A stretch of 64,000 nt of DNA. It comes from Microbotryum violaceum. Its lineage: Eukaryota. The DNA lies in the NCBI GenBank assembly GCA_001244265.2, contig CDLV01000005.1, positions 1,736,001-1,800,000 of the forward strand, given 5' to 3'. This document shows, piece by piece, positions 13,996 to 28,359 of the stretch; within the stretch, counting starts at the first letter, position 1; each line of letters begins with the position of its first letter. Position numbers and translations under genes: made by a program. A model generated the notes under the pieces. That model was not told the origin of the DNA. It worked only from the letters and a program-made list of their open reading frames with translations, and made no database searches.

Positions 13996-14525
13996 CCCCT
14001 ACAAGGTCCTTGGCCGATGGACCGATATCCCTGCTCACTCGACTACATAAACTATCACGTCAACGGAGTAGGTATGCGGTGACGTATTTCATTGATTTTT
14101 GCTGACATGTTATCGCAAGCACTGTACAACGGAGCGCCGTTGCACGCGTCTGGACCCATGCTTTGGGGTGCTGTTGGAACCGAACAACTACAGCAACACC
14201 AATCCTCACCGCCCCCCGCCTCCCTCTGGCAACGTTCCCAAACCTGAACCTGCAGATGTCAGCACCGATGCGCACCAAATTTTAGTCTTTAACTTAGCAG
14301 AACCTTCAAGCTTGTCACGTACTGCAGTTCGGTGAGTGTGGCGGTGGCGACCGGCTCGTGGGATCGTGGTCGTCAACGCGTCAACGCCTGATTAAGGCTG
14401 ACATTCATTTTACTTTTGTGCACTGGCGTACATTTCCACCATGTGCGATATGGGCCGCATACAAAAAGCAAAGTCCTTCAATAACAAATAATCTACAGTC
14501 AACAAATGCGCCAAACCATCACTAG

Positions 14526-15170
14526 CTAGCCCATGGGCTCGTCGAGAATCTCGAGGTCGTCCGAGTCTTCAACGCTTGTCAGCCCGACTCTCCGTCGCCC
14601 TCCCCGAGCTCAGCATCATCTTCTTCCTCGACCTCGTGCTCCGATCGTGAACCCAAAACTTCTTCCACTCGTCTTTCATACACATCATCGCGGTCTCGCT
14701 GGGCATGCTCCGCGGCTGGATCGGGGGTCAGGCCAAGTTCCCTTCGGAATGCGTCGAGGTCGATGGTTGTGGCGCACGTCCACGGCAGAAGGACCTGATG
14801 AGCGGCGGCTCGACTCAGTGACGAGGCTCTGTATTTGAGTATTATTCAGCGTCGAAAGGCGGCGACCGAAATGACGTGGACTACCGCGCGACCGGCGCAA
14901 CACCTGTTTCGCCCGTCCGGCGAAAACTCCTCCGATCAAACCGAATGCCGTGGGCCGCGATTCATGAACTGCGGGTAAACGGGTAAACGCATTCTGAACC
15001 AGACAACCGAGAGATCATCGCATTCGGCGAGCCGATCCAGACGCTCTTTGACCAAAATCTGCCGGCGTTGAAGCACATACCACACCGCAGTGCCAACCTC
15101 GCCCGCGGGTGGAAGCGGCAAACGCTGACGCGTTGCTGGGAGCAGACAGGAGAGGCAACACATCGTATGG
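14526..15170 (-). pseudogene. Unknown accessory gene with acidic C-terminus inside the KDZ element (convergent orientation)
   Basis: VLQRRQILVKERLDRLAECDDLSVVWFRMRLP..., VLLPWTCATTIDLDAFRRELGL...EEEDDAELGEG, acidic tail VEDSDDLEILDEPMG* after an apparent frameshift. Confidence 0.4.
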
Positions 15171-16500
15171 TCGGTGGGCTTCGATTCAAGATATACGACA
15201 GAAAGCGTGAGGGAACAGAAAGTAGTAAGACCAGGACCGTGATCGATAGCGGCGCGTCAAGCGGCAATGCTGTTGCTCGCTCGCGCTCAGGCTCGCTACG
15301 GCTGGTCTACCAGCGTGGTGAGACGGCACGTGACTTAACCACGTCCATCAATGCTACCTTATCCCCACCGCTAATGAGGTAATGATGTAATGATGTTCTA
15401 ATCGAGCTTCTTCTCGCTACTAATCTAAAGAAGATTTTGACGGTGAGTTTTCCGAATATGCTTTATACAGAATGGCAGCATTTATAAGATTGGATTACCC
15501 CGATACGAGCTCGCACGTACATGAGATGAACGTGTTGAAGGCCACACCAGCCTCCGTGTTGCGCTAGTCCTCGCGCCATCCAGCAACCCGGGTTACAGGC
15601 GGGCAACATGTATGGCTACGCCGCGCGGAAGCGAGGGTCGGAGGCGCGCTGCGCGCGCCACTTTTTAGCGTGCTTATATATATATAGCCAGAGGTGCGTC
15701 ATTTACGCCATCGCGAGAGCAGGCGCCTTTGCGACCTCCTCCGCAGCCTCAAGACAACACGGCTGGTCGTAAGTCGATCCTATTCAAGCCTGTCAAGTTA
15801 ACACCAACAGAACCCACTGACAGCGGCCTCCTCAACTCATAGATGGATCCGCCCCGTTCTCCTCAACGAGTGCATGTGCGTTGCAGCAACACGCGCGCGC
15901 GCCACCGACAGGCTCGCAGGACGGCTCCTGAGCGCGACGCGCCTACCTGCGGGTGGTGCTCTCCCGACCTCAGCGGCTTGACTCGGCGCAAAAAAACTGA
16001 TCCTCCCAAAACGCTGCGTTGTTGAATTCCAGGAAATGTCGATGGCCGTGTCAACACCGACCCGAAGGGTTTGCCCACAGTCGCAACAGCGCGTACGTAA
16101 TCATATTCAACGACCAGAGAAAGGAGACTCGAAACTGACCTACTTTCTCCTCCTTTATGTCCGATAGTGAAATCAAGCGCTGTCTCGCAAATAACTGCGC
16201 CATCGATGATACAGGGCTGAACGCTTGTTCTAGGTTGGACCAAGCCACGTTGTGTGTCAGGCAAGGGTGCCCATCAGGACATCACTTGGACTATCTTAAC
16301 GTCACGTGAGTTCCTTCGACGACAGGCGACAAAGGCGGTTGGGTTGGACTGCGTTGGGTTGAAACTCCTCGCTGATGCGAAGATGTATGGGTTCCCATAG
16401 ATGCAACTATCAAAAATGACATTGCGCCTGAGCAAACGCTTCTAGACCTCCTTGCATGACTCTCGTCGACGCGTCTAACTCTAGGGGTCAGACTAAGGGG

Positions 16501-16971
16501 TGTCAGGGTCGTGTCTTACAGAGAGTCGCGAGGACGGTCGTAGATCGAAGTCGTGACAGTGAGAGAGTAGAGGATACTTTGTTAAACGTCGTTACTGGGT
16601 TTCAGTTCGAAGTAAAGCTACCAAGAGAGAGAGATGGGGAAGGGCTTCCCAATCGAGCCAGGCCGAGGCCTGTGCGTCGGCGTCAGTCTTGACATCGGCC
16701 ACGGGGTCGAAGGCCGCGTGCAAAAGGGGGCGGCCTTACAAGGGGAGCCTCTGCGGTCCAATTTCGATCGATTATTCCGACCGTAGACACCACACGGACT
16801 CGATTCACAGGATTCTACCTCATCAATACGTCTGGCTGTACCTCAGAATCATCTATCTTGACTTACCAAAGTCTGTTGTAACATATAGTATACACTGCCC
16901 ATGCCCTCGTGCGCCGGCTCAGACATCCTTGCAGAGTGGCTGCCATCAAGATGTAATATCTGAGCGTGACA
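16501..16971 (-). mobile_element. Probable LTR (~470 bp)
   Basis: TGTCA...TGACA termini; purine tract (plus-strand CT-rich 16972-17001) immediately 5' on the minus strand, as expected for a PPT; no TSD or second LTR seen. Confidence 0.4.
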
Positions 16972-17926
16972 ATCCCCGGTCTCTCTCTCTCCCTCTCTCT
17001 CTGAAATCTATCAACAAATAAACGCATTCGGCTCGATGGTTTCGCTCGGAAATGATTCATTCCCACGTAGATCCGAACAGCTTGCACAAGCTTGAACACA
17101 TCCTCACAGACGAATGCGCTCGAATTTTGCTTCATCCCTCCTGCACAAGCGCAGAGCCGCCAAAGGGGCGGGTAGTCGACGCTTGTATCTATGTCCGTCT
17201 GGCTTCGGATTGTTGCCAAGTGGGAACACATTTAGTCCGAATAGGTTCTTCATCGCGTCAGCCCGTGTTTGGATTAGGAGAGTATCATGAACATTCGAAC
17301 GATCATCGAGAAACCCGGAAAATTCGTACCAAACTTCTCGGCACTGGTCTCCACTAAGCTGGAGTCGAACGAGGAAACTCGCGGCGTCGATATCTTGTGT
17401 AAAGGCTGTAGTGCCACACCTCACTCGTTGGTAGCTGTCTTCTCCAACGAGTGGTGAAGCAAAGATGAGAGCGATGTTTGTGACCCCTGCGCCGTGGAAG
17501 TCGGTCAAGCGCCTTGGCCCGTCCGCTTCGTCAGCGCTTCAGCGGGTGCGCGAAGCCAGCCAAGGTATAAGGAGCGCCTCTGCTCGGCCTCCCATGCCCG
17601 AGTCGAAGCGCCGGGTCTGACTCTGTATCGGTCTTACACCCACCTCATCCCGACTCCGCGAGTATTATACCACTCGATCAGGTGAACTCGACCTCGCGTA
17701 CCTTTTCACGCCCATCGCAGCTCGGCTTGTGCTCGAGCGACTGAACTCGGATCACTCTTGGCTCGGCCTTCCGAAACGCGCGCGACGTGACCACCCGACG
17801 CCAGCCGCAGTCTACGCGACGCAGCAGACCCCCGACCGACTACGGAGTACGCACCACGCACCACGTACGACGGGTCACTCACGCTTTCGATTCGACTCCT
17901 CCTACCCATTAATATCAACGGCCGCA

Positions 17927-19584
17927 ATGGGTTTGTTCAAACGCAAGTCGCCGACGGGGACCGACTCGCCCAAGCCGGACAAGGAAAAGGTCAAGTGGAG
18001 CCACAGGCCAGCGAGTGCGTTTTGTGCGAGTCATGGACACCAGAAGACCGTGGTACTGTTACGTATCCTTGCAGCAGAGTCCGATATTGAACCCTGTTTG
18101 GCCCCTTGCGCGCACCAGACACTGCTTTCAAGCAGCAGCGACTCAAGGCTTGGCAACCGATTCTCACACCGGCGACCGTGCTGCCGACCTTCTTCCTCAT
18201 CGGCGTCATCTTTGTTCCCCTCGGTGGGGTATTGCTGTGGGGGTCCAACAAGGTCAGTTTGCGTGGGGCATGGGTCTTGTGGTCTTCATCGTAGCCCCGT
18301 AGCGTTGGGTCGACCGGCTCGGCCTTCACTTCACCTTCACGGACTGACGCTCTCTCGCTCTGCCCTCCATACTTGTACAGGTCAGGGAGTTCACAATCGA
18401 CTACACCCAATGCGAGTTCAAAGCCCCCAACACGACCTTTGAGGCCTTGCCCTCGTCGGCGTACAGCTACCACCTCGGCTCGTCGGTCGACACAGCCCAA
18501 GCGGTCGTGCCGACTTGGCAGTTCACTCACGACGAGACGCGACCGGTTGGCCAGAGGAGTCTGTGTCGGTTGCAGTTCAGTTTGCCCGTCGAGTTGACTA
18601 GACCGGTCTTTATGTATTACAAGAGTGAGACTGCACGAATGAAATGCTGCTAATGCTGATTCCGCGATTATAGCACTGACTCGACTCGGGTAACCCCCCC
18701 CCCCCCCCTCTGGCGCGCAGTGACCAACTATTATCAAAACCATCGACGCTACGTCAAGTCGATCGTATCAGGCCAACTCAAAGGCGATGCCACGTCCGCC
18801 TCGTCGCTCTCCGGAGGGGATTGTAAACCCGTCGATGTGCGCGACGGTCTGCCGATCTACCCGTGCGGATTGATCGCCAACTCGTTCTTCAACGACACCT
18901 TCCTCCCGCCCGTGTTGACGAACCCTTCAGGTGCCGAGGGCAACGTCACCTACAACATGACCGATAAGGGGATCGCATGGCCGAACGAAGCCAATAAGTA
19001 CGGTGTGACCAAGTACCAGATCGGGGATGCCGTCCCCCCTCCGAATTGGGCCGAGAGCTACCCCGACGGATACACCGCATCGACGGGCTTCCCGGATCTG
19101 CACGACGATGAGCACTTCCAGATCTGGATGAGGACCGCGGGTTTGCCGACGTTCAGGAAGTTGTACTTTAGAAACGATGAGGAGAACATGGCTGCGGGGA
19201 TCTACGAGCTGGACATTCGCATGAGTGCGTCTCAAGCTCGCTTATCCCTCGTTCGAAGACTGAACTGACACTCGCTTTCGTGAATAGATTACCCTGTCGC
19301 CCCCTTCAGCGGGACCAAGTCAATTGTCTTCTCGACCGTGTCCTTTATCGGCGGACGCAACCCTTTCCTCGGGTACGCCTACATCGTCGTCGGTGGCTTG
19401 TGCATCATCTTGGGCTTGGCTTTGACGTTGAGACATTTGATCAAGCCGAGGAAATTGGTATGTTGTCGCTTTCGACGTGAAAAGGCTCGGAATGAGGTGC
19501 TGATTGGCTTTTCTCGTGATACAGGGTGACCCTCAATACCTCAGCTGGAACCGAGCTGAACCCAACTCGGCCTCGACAAAGTAA
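17927..19584 (+). CDS. CDC50: CDC50/LEM3-family P4-ATPase (flippase) beta subunit
   Basis: [84 protein letters not shown]. Confidence 0.93.
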
Positions 19585-19842
19585 TCTCACGCCCTCCAAC
19601 CGACTCGAATCGTCGTCATCCTTCAACCCCAATGTTGGCGATCCACTTCCCTTCACGACAGTCCCTTCCGCCCTTGCCCCTCTGTCCGCGTCTCAGTCTG
19701 TCTGTGTGTGCTTCCCTGTTTGTTATCCTCTGCTGTTCCCGAACGATCCAGGACCCTTTCCCCCTTGCTCTTTTCTTGCTCGTTCCGACCTGTAATACCA
19801 TGTCCCAATTTCATTTACCTATCCCCAATCCCAATACAAACC

Positions 19843-20951
19843 TCATTCGTTGACACTAAAAACCAAAACCCAATTCCCCATCGCGACCCCAATCTCCCTC
19901 TCCAAAGTCCACCCGTTCTCTTCCGCCAATCGACCGAGATGAGGAATACTTCGAAGACCGATCCCGGACGATCCGGGGCGGGAACGGATCATGATGTCGA
20001 ACTTGGTTAGAGAGAGGTTAGGGGAATAAGTACTGTCTTTCTCAGGCAAGGTAGAGAGACTGAGCGAACGTACTTTTTCGTCGTTTTCGGAAAAGTAGCC
20101 TTGATCTGACTTCATAGGTCCGTATATGAGAAGCTTACCGTAAGGTCTCATCTGGGGCTTGAGGCGTTGGAAGAGGGCCGTAGGACCTTGTGGACTGAGA
20201 ACCAACAAAGACGTCCGGTCCGTCAGTTCCAGTGCAGTCACCTCGCTGCAATCAGCTTGTAAGTTCGACCCAACTAACCAAGGCACCATATGAATGAAAT
20301 TGTGACCAAACACCAAATCCCACCCCTCCCCACTCTTCCCACCCACCTCTGTACCGTCCCTAGTACGATCAGCTAATAATCCCTCCCAATCCTCCTCCAC
20401 GAGCAAATCCAACCTCCTACACCTTTCAATCCTCTTCCCCCTCCCCAAATCCACCCCTTGCGTTTTTTGATCGACCAACCGACAATTAAAACTATCGCAT
20501 TCCGTAGGTTGGTAAATGATACTTCTTCCATCAAGTTTCGTCCCCTCCTTCAAGTTCTCCTTCGATGAATGGGGAGGGAAGTTCTGAGCGTAAAGAAGAA
20601 GGTGGGTCCCGTTACCGGAGGCGAGTTCGAGGATCCTTGCGGGCTTTTTCGTAGGGTGAGGTGGAGCTTGGAGGGTAGAGAAGAAGGGTTCGAAGATGGG
20701 GACGAGGTTCGTCAGGATGCGGGACTCGAGGCCTGATCAAGGAAGAAGAAAGGGATTGACATAGTGAGACGTAGTGGGAGAGGTGTGCTCTGGGATTGGG
20801 TTAGATATATGAAAAGCGTACCTTGTTGATAGGTCGGAGGAGCTAGTGTCCACGGGTATTTGGGACCTTCTTCCTTGTTTTCGTGGTTCGGGTGATCGTG
20901 CACAGCTTGCGACGCTGGATCTTGTGGGGGCGAGGTGGTGGAGAAGCTCAT
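19843..20951 (-). CDS. DUF938/METTL26-like SAM-dependent methyltransferase
   Basis: ILELASGNGTH (motif I-like), YQPTE, NFIHMVPW, LLIYGP, FDIMIRSR...GLR, MGNWVLVF. Confidence 0.8.
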
Positions 20952-21968
20952 TGCCGTCGAGGCCGCGGCAAAGGCGAAGCCGAAGAGGAAGGTAAGGTTT
21001 CGAGGAACTAGAAGTTGATCCAAGATGGTCCTTGACGGCGGGCTTCCCTTGGGCCACAGGAGACGAGAGAGCTCTTGATGAGTGATGTAGCACCAGGAGA
21101 GAATCGTACTGAAGTCGGCGCCCGCCCCGCCGACCGGGTTCGCAAGGCCAATGACGGCGCCCGGTTCGATCACTATTGTCCTACCCCACCGTCGACGGCC
21201 CATGCAGGTGGGTGGGGAAAAAGAAAATCCGCATCTTAGATTCTCGAGGTATGGCAGACCTTAGAGAGGGACCTGAGTCATCAGTTATTAAGAAAGGCAT
21301 CAAGAGAACCTCATGCATAAGGTAGTAGGTCACGTAACAGCCGCCGGCGCCGGGATGATGATCGCTGAAAGCAGAGACGGCTTTCTCTCGGCGATCAAAG
21401 CAATCAGCCGTGGCGAGATACCGGCCGGAGTTGGGCCCATCTCCGGCGCATGGAAATGGCTGTCAACAGGCACTTGGTAAGCTTCCCGAAATTCTGGAAA
21501 TATCGAACATGAACGAGATCGGGGGACCCGGGTCGAAAAGAGTGCAAGCTCGACCCTTGAAAGAAAGGAGTGATCGTTCGCTCCTGGTAGTGGCTCCGGC
21601 GTCGCGGCAGCTGGGTGGGACCCCGGACTGCCGCAAATGAATTGCGATGCGCATGAGCTCGAGATTCCCGACAAAGCTCTAGCCTTCCTCCTTCGCTACC
21701 CCTCGGCAATTATTTCCTTTACTTCTTGCTTATCTTACCACAAGACCTCTTGGAACAGTCCTACTTGTCCTTGTGAGGCTTCTCTCTCTCTCACTCCCCG
21801 AGGCCCACCTTGCGCCTCGAACCGGAGACCGGCGGCTTCGTAAAGCCACCCTCCGAGAGCTGGAATTGACTGACGTCGTCGAGACCCGCTCGTTGTCCCC
21901 ACAGAAACCTTGCCTTCCCGCTCGTCGACCTCCGCCTTTCATCTTGCTCTCTCACACAAAATCGCACG

Positions 21969-24900
21969 ATGAGCTCGATCAAGAACCGACTGAGGTCGAG
22001 TAGCGAGTCTGCTTACGAATACGAATCCAACTTTGGTGATGACGAGACCCAGGTCAGTTCACACTTCATCGTCGACGTCCTGTCGAGGGGCTGGCTGGCT
22101 GGCTGTTGCTGGCTGGGGTGGCGCCGGTGTGTGGGGGGGCGGTCGCTGCTGCCTCTGCCTGCGCCGCCGGGCTCGGGCTCGGGGAACTCGGCCGCTATCG
22201 AGTCTGCGGCAGTGCGCTGGCGAGCGGCGCGCCCGGGTGCGACTGCCAGCGGAAACTTTCATCAAGTAGTGGTGGTAGTGGTGGTGACACACCGCCAGGG
22301 GCTCGTGTACCTAGTACCCTAGTCTTGACCGGTACTGCCTACGGACCAGTCACTGACATCCGCTTGACCTCTCCCTCTCCATGTCCCATCCCTTCTCTCG
22401 CATCCCACCTCTCAACTCCCACCTCCGTCATTGCCGTTTCACTTCTCCCACGCCCTCCTATGCCTCTGCTACATGTTGGCCGCCTCCCCTCGCTCCCTCG
22501 CCCGTTCCTCTGCCCGTTCCCCCTACGTCTCGGTGCTGTCGTGCTCATCGTCGTGATCGCGGTCACTGACGCCGCTGCAGTACGCTGCCTCGTCCGGCGA
22601 AGACTCCGATTACGATGAGGGTGACAACGACCGCCTCTCGCGTCGCGCGTCGACCTACTCAACTTCGGACGACGCCGACGCCCACCTCTCGCGCGTCGAC
22701 GAAGCGATGGACACTTTAAACGACCTCCACTCGTCCTCGGACGGCAAGTGGAAGAAAGCGCTCAAGCACCGCTCGGGTACGGTCGTCTACGTGACGAAAG
22801 AAAAATCGCCAGCGGGAAAGCAGAAGAACGGCAAGCCTTTCCTCGCGCCCGTCTTCAAGGGCGTGTTGGACATCAACGGCTTCAACCCTTCCGAGGTCTT
22901 TGCCGTCGTCGGCTCGCGCAAGCTCTGGGACGAGTGGTACAAGGAGGTGAGTACCACGGTACATTGCGAAAAGAGGCGGGGGGGACTGATTTTGCTGCTC
23001 CGTTCCCTCACGTCATCAGGGCAACCTCGTGGAAAACTTGTCCGACTCGTCGTCGTTGACCTACATGTGAGCATCGCTCGTCTCGTTCCGAGCGTACCCT
23101 ACCCGGACTGATCTGGGTGGGTCAAACTCGTCCCAGGTGCATGCAAGGTATCGCCGGGTCATCGTGAGTCGTCCTCGCAACGCAGCGACCTATTTCGCCC
23201 GCACAGACTCTAACCTCTCCCACTTCGTTTGTTCTCAGCACGCGTGATCTTGGCCTCGTCGAAAAGGTTGCCGGGAGCCCCACGGGGACCATCTCGTTCG
23301 TCTCGACTTCGGTCGTCACCCCCAAGATCCCGCGTGTATCGGGTCGAGTGCGCGCTTCGATCGCCCTCAACGGTTGGGTTCTCGAGCCCATCGACGGAGG
23401 AACGCGTCTCAGTTACTAGTGAGTACCCTGGCACCGTCTAGTTGCAGTGCGTTCTCACTGACTTCCGGCATCCTCGACGTCTCACAGCCTGCACGTCAAC
23501 GTCCGCACGTTTGTGCCCGCCTTTGCGGCTCGCAAGTACCTCGCCCGTCGCCCGACGTGCATCGCCGCGATCGCCGCCTACCTCGAAAAGAACGGCGCCC
23601 CCGCGATGGTCGAAAGCGGATCTGGTGGCGCCGTCGCGGGTGAGACCCCTCGTCGTCGTCGCGATTCGACCGCGTCCAAGCGCTCGTCGCGTTCGAGCCG
23701 CACGACGGGCTCCAACACCTTTGCCGGTCTTCCGGCGCACGTCGCGCTCGATACCGAAGCGGCAAATCATGGCGACATCCAAAAGGCAATCAAGTTGGTC
23801 AAATCCGTGGCGGGTTCGCGCGACTTCTCGCAGGCCGTCGACGAGAAGGGCACCAAGATCTTCATGAAGAAGCGCGACGACGACGGGTTGCCGACCGTCA
23901 AGGGTGAATGGAACGTCGAGGGCGTCACGACCGAGCAAGTCGCCGGGACGATCCTGTCCGAGGCCGCTCGTCGGGAATGGGACGTGCGCTTCAGCTCGTA
24001 CACGCCCGTCGCCCTAATCAACGGCTTTGACCAGTGCGAGCTGCTGGAACTCCACAAGGGGGTCCACCCCGTCGTGCCGGCGCGCCACTACAATGTCATC
24101 CGCGCCGTCGAGCGCGAGGACGTCTCGGGCGAGAACGGAGACATCATCGTCGTCTCGCGTTCGGTCAAGAGCCCCATCGAAGAGTTCAAGGGTCCCAAGG
24201 GGTCGAAAAAGTCGCAAATGGACGTCATCGGCTTCCAGCTCGAGTCCGCCGGCGACCGCGGCGTCAAGATCACCTCGGTCGTCCAACTCGATTGGCAAGA
24301 CGAGGCCGCCCAGGAGTTGACCCCGGCGTTGCGTCGCTTGCTCCTCGGTGAGATGGCCCGTATCCCCCGTGCTATCACGACCTTCATCGACGACTACGGT
24401 TATGCGCCTTACTTTATCCGCTGGGGCGAAGGACCCGCCGCGCTCGTCGCGGACGGCGAGGACGGAGCCAATCTCAAGTTGGGCAAGACGAGCTTCCGCG
24501 TCTCAGGCGACGGCAAGGGCACAATGAAGAATGGTCAACAAAAATGCTGGTTGCAATGGAGCGACAAGATGTACGAACGTGGGCTCGAGCTTAAGCTTGA
24601 ACCCGCGGGCGCAGCCGAGATCGCCAAGGTTGATGGCATCGATCGGACGCTCGAGTTCGTTTGGTCGGACAAGGTCAAGGACGGGGTCACGATCAGTTTG
24701 ACCCGCTCCAAGAAGGGAGATGGTGCCGATGACGTCTTTGTCGGTGGGAAGCGCCTCGACGCGACCGTGCAGATGGAGAAGGGCAAGGCGAGCAAAAAGT
24801 CCGCACCGGCTCCTGTCGCCGCCGGCAAGTCGGGGGGCAAGTCGTCGCGCGAGGCCAGCAACGACGATGACGAGGAAGAGGAGGACGAGAAGTCCTCGCG

Positions 24901-25289
24901 ACGTGGGAACGACAAGGTAAGTGAAAGAGACTACTCAGGCACATTGTACCAAACGGCTGGTTGACCCGTTTGTAACTTATGACTTGCTTTATTAGGTCGC
25001 TGCGGCCGGAGTCGGAGGAGCTCTCGCCGGTGCCGGTGCCGCCGTCGCCGCCGTCGGTCGCAAGGCCGCCACCCCCATCACCCCTGCCTCGCGCTCGGCG
25101 AATAATTACGGTCCCCAAGCTGGCGACTTGAACGGCCAAGCCGGGGGTGACACTCAAGTCAAGCAGCGCGGTGCCCTCCCGCCCGACGCGATGATCATCC
25201 TCACCGACGACCTCTACTTCACCAAGTCACAAGTCATGTTCATTGGCGGTGTCGGCTTGATCGCTTTCCTCTGGGGCAAGTTTGCTTGA
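21969..25289 (+). CDS. Tandem START/SRPBCC lipid-binding domain protein with C-terminal TM helix
   Basis: Two START-like repeats (WKKALKH..VY..VFKG..RKLWDEWY; GTKIFMK..TVKGEW..RREWDVRF..DIIVVSRSV); ends VMFIGGVGLIAFLWGKFA*. Confidence 0.75.
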
Positions 25290-26369
25290 TTGCCTTTCGC
25301 TCGTGTAACGTATATTCCCACAACGACTCCGAGACCCGACCATGGAATCCCTTCGGCTCGCTTCCCCCATCTTGTGTGTGCTTTTATTTCATGCTTATCG
25401 GTAAAACTTCATTTGTTGGGATCCTCTTGATTCTCTTTTCAGTCTCTCTTTACCATATCTCGCTCTCGCTCTGTTTTCATTATATCTGCGTCTTGATATC
25501 CAATTGCTCTCCCACTCTCTTCCGGCCGCTATCGCCCTTCGGTGACCGGCGTCTGCTTCCCCGCGCACAGAGAGCCCTACGGCAAGTAGCTGCAAACTAC
25601 TTTGTCTCTACCACGAAATCAGGTCAATCTGATGTCCGTGACTCTAAGACAACAAAGACTCGAACGCTTGGGCAACGCGAGCGGTTGGGACCGCCCCTAA
25701 CCAGCGCCAGCAGGGTCGCACTTGGGCCTTGGTAAGCTGCAGTCGTGTCCGACCGTCGCACTAAGTTGGTAAGCCCTTTGAGATGGTCGAGAAGAGTTCG
25801 AGTTTGATTCTCCCGTTGATATCGCCACCGGCAAATTGCGCCATTCCAGTCCCCCGCGTGCGTAGAGAGGGACCAAGACCGGCGACCGCCCCGTGCCGCG
25901 ATCGTCAGGTCTCCACCACCTTGACGGCTAAATTCAATCTGTATTTGAACCGGGGCTGCCTCTCCGGGGCTAACGAAGTGATGTCCAGAAGCGATGTGAG
26001 GGCTTTAATACAATACAAAAGCAAGCCTTAGGTGAGGTGATGCTACACCAGGGGAGGCATTTCAAGAGCTAAATACAGTGGGCCGCATAAAGCATCGTCA
26101 GCCACTGCACCACCGTCACAGGCATTGCTGCCAGGTGTCGACTGGTCCGCAAATGCTTTACTAGGCTGTGGTGGAAGAAGGTGGAAGCAAGGAAACTCAC
26201 TTGATGTAGGGAAGCTCACAGCTCGATGCCTGTACAGAACTGCCCCCGCCTAACCAGGGCAAAAGGTGGGATCATCATCACGTCTTCGTTGACGAACAAG
26301 GTGCCAGTAGGGTCCACGGGGGCCAAACGCAAAAGTGACGATGTTCCGAAGCCTCGAGTTTCTTCGTAC

Positions 26370-26910
26370 CAAGGTATCATATTCGTCCAGTCAAAGTATA
26401 TTCGAGGCTTACTGGAGCACTACACCTTCGAAAGCAAGTCGAAGAAGCCGGTCGCGACTCCCATGGAGGATCGCTTCATTTCGTCTTCTACTGCTCCGTT
26501 CTCCGGAATTCTCGTCTACCAATCGGTTGTGGGAGAATTTGAATATGCTGCGTGACGTTTTTTCCCGATATCGCGACTGCTGTTCGTGCGGTGGCGAAGT
26601 GCGTAGCTGCTCCAACCGAAGGAGACTGGATCTGCGTCAAGCGAAGCTTTCGCTATCTTTCTCACACCGTCGACTATGAGCTACTCTACCGCGTAGGCGG
26701 TTCTACCAAGTTCGAGGTGTACAGTGACGGGTCGTTCGGATGCGATCACAACAACGGCGGATCTGTGGGAGCGTATGCCGTTATCATGGCTGGCGCCGCC
26801 ATCTCCTGGAAGTCGAAACAACAAACGATGGTCGCTTTTTCTACAGCAGTCTGAGACTCTGGCTGCCTCAACCGCAGCAAAGGAAGCTATTGGTCTTCGC
26901 AACCTCAGGG
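26370..26910 (+). mobile_element. Degenerate Ty1/Copia RT C-terminus and RNase H fragment
   Basis: [62 protein letters not shown]; stops and frameshifts. Confidence 0.85.
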
Positions 26911-28359
26911 CGGCCGAAACTCGCATCGACGCAAGGTTGATGGTCCTCATGCAGAACAGTAGGTCGACCTTGACAGACCCACTTGATCCAATGCATCATC
27001 CGGAAGGCGCAGCGCGACCTCGCGCAAACCAACTTGGAGCGAAGAGCCTCCGGACTTGATCCCTGCCCCGCGACATCAACGAGATCTGGCTGAGGAGTGA
27101 GTCCTCGTCGGCCCCACCTAAAGATTTTTGCACCTCCAGCACCCAATCCGCTTCCACTCTCACGCGCCACTCCAGAGTCTTGAATCGAGCTGATCCCGTA
27201 ATGATGTCCTTGTTCGCCCAGACGCTCACAACAAGGCGAGTCAGATCCTACACCGCGACGAACGATTACGCGGTATGGTCCCACTTGAGGAGCACCTCGA
27301 AACGCACGCCGACGTGACCGACCCAACCCATTTCCTTCCCCACCGCTCGATACTCTTACCCTCGCATTTCTTGAAACGGTACCACTTCTACGCCCGAAGA
27401 TTCTCCTCCGAGGACGACCTGACACAAATTCTTCGTCCCGCTTCGGAAGAGAGGTCAAAGAAGAAGAGAAAGAGCGGTTCGCTCGGGACGCTACTGAATT
27501 GGAGTAGTGCCCACGCAGGTGCACAGCGGTGAGAATGCGGTGAGGGAGGGGAGAGGCGGTGGTCGAGCATCGATTTGCTTCATGTTGTAACCTGAGCAAA
27601 CTGATGAGTGTGAACCCGCATGATGTAGCCTCCTGACTTTGATCCTTCTGGGCGATTTCTACCTGAGGCGTTCGCGGAGCAGACTTCATAGAAATTCCAC
27701 TTCTTTTTAAAGGTGATCTGAACCCCAAGTCCCAATGAATCACACACCAGAGAAATTGCAGCGTACCGGAACCTGCGCAGAAACAAGGGCACGGCATCGC
27801 TGCGCATTTTGTCGATTGATGACCACGCAAGAGGGGGAACATAGGCTGCGACTCAAGGGCATCGAACAGCAAAAAGAAAGAAAGAGCAAAATCTCTAACC
27901 CGATGACGAGGTGTTGAAGTACAAAGTCTGTATGAGAAGTCCGACGATGAGAGACACAAGCGATAAGGCCCGAATTCGAGAGGACCTCATATTACCTCAA
28001 TCGTCTCGGTACCTCTCGTTTTGGATGTGTCTCCAGGCAGCACAGCTCATTGGTGACGAGAATGAGAGCGTCGATGCTAACGAACCTTTGCCCTTTCGGC
28101 ACGATTCCGGAATTGAAGCGCGGATGACTCGGTCGATTCCCGGCAAATCTTCTTCGGACTTCGGTCCCGCACCACGGTCTTGGGTGTTTTCATACAAAGC
28201 CAGGAATCTTGACCGAAGCGTAGTATAGCGTGAACCAAACATCGTGATACATTACATCTGTCCCTCGGACCGTCAGGGACGAGCGCTCCCAACAAATCCA
28301 AACAACGAGGCCCTGGTGAGCCCGCCAGGGCCTAAAACGTCAACACTCTTCGCTCCCTT

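Noticed and set aside
25995-26120. TGTGA...TCACA segment as a solo LTR
   Set aside because: Short, no TSD and no second copy
26868-27959. 363-aa minus-strand ORF and neighbouring ORFs
   Set aside because: No recognisable motifs; overlaps Copia debris; likely a chance GC-rich ORF or an unidentifiable relic
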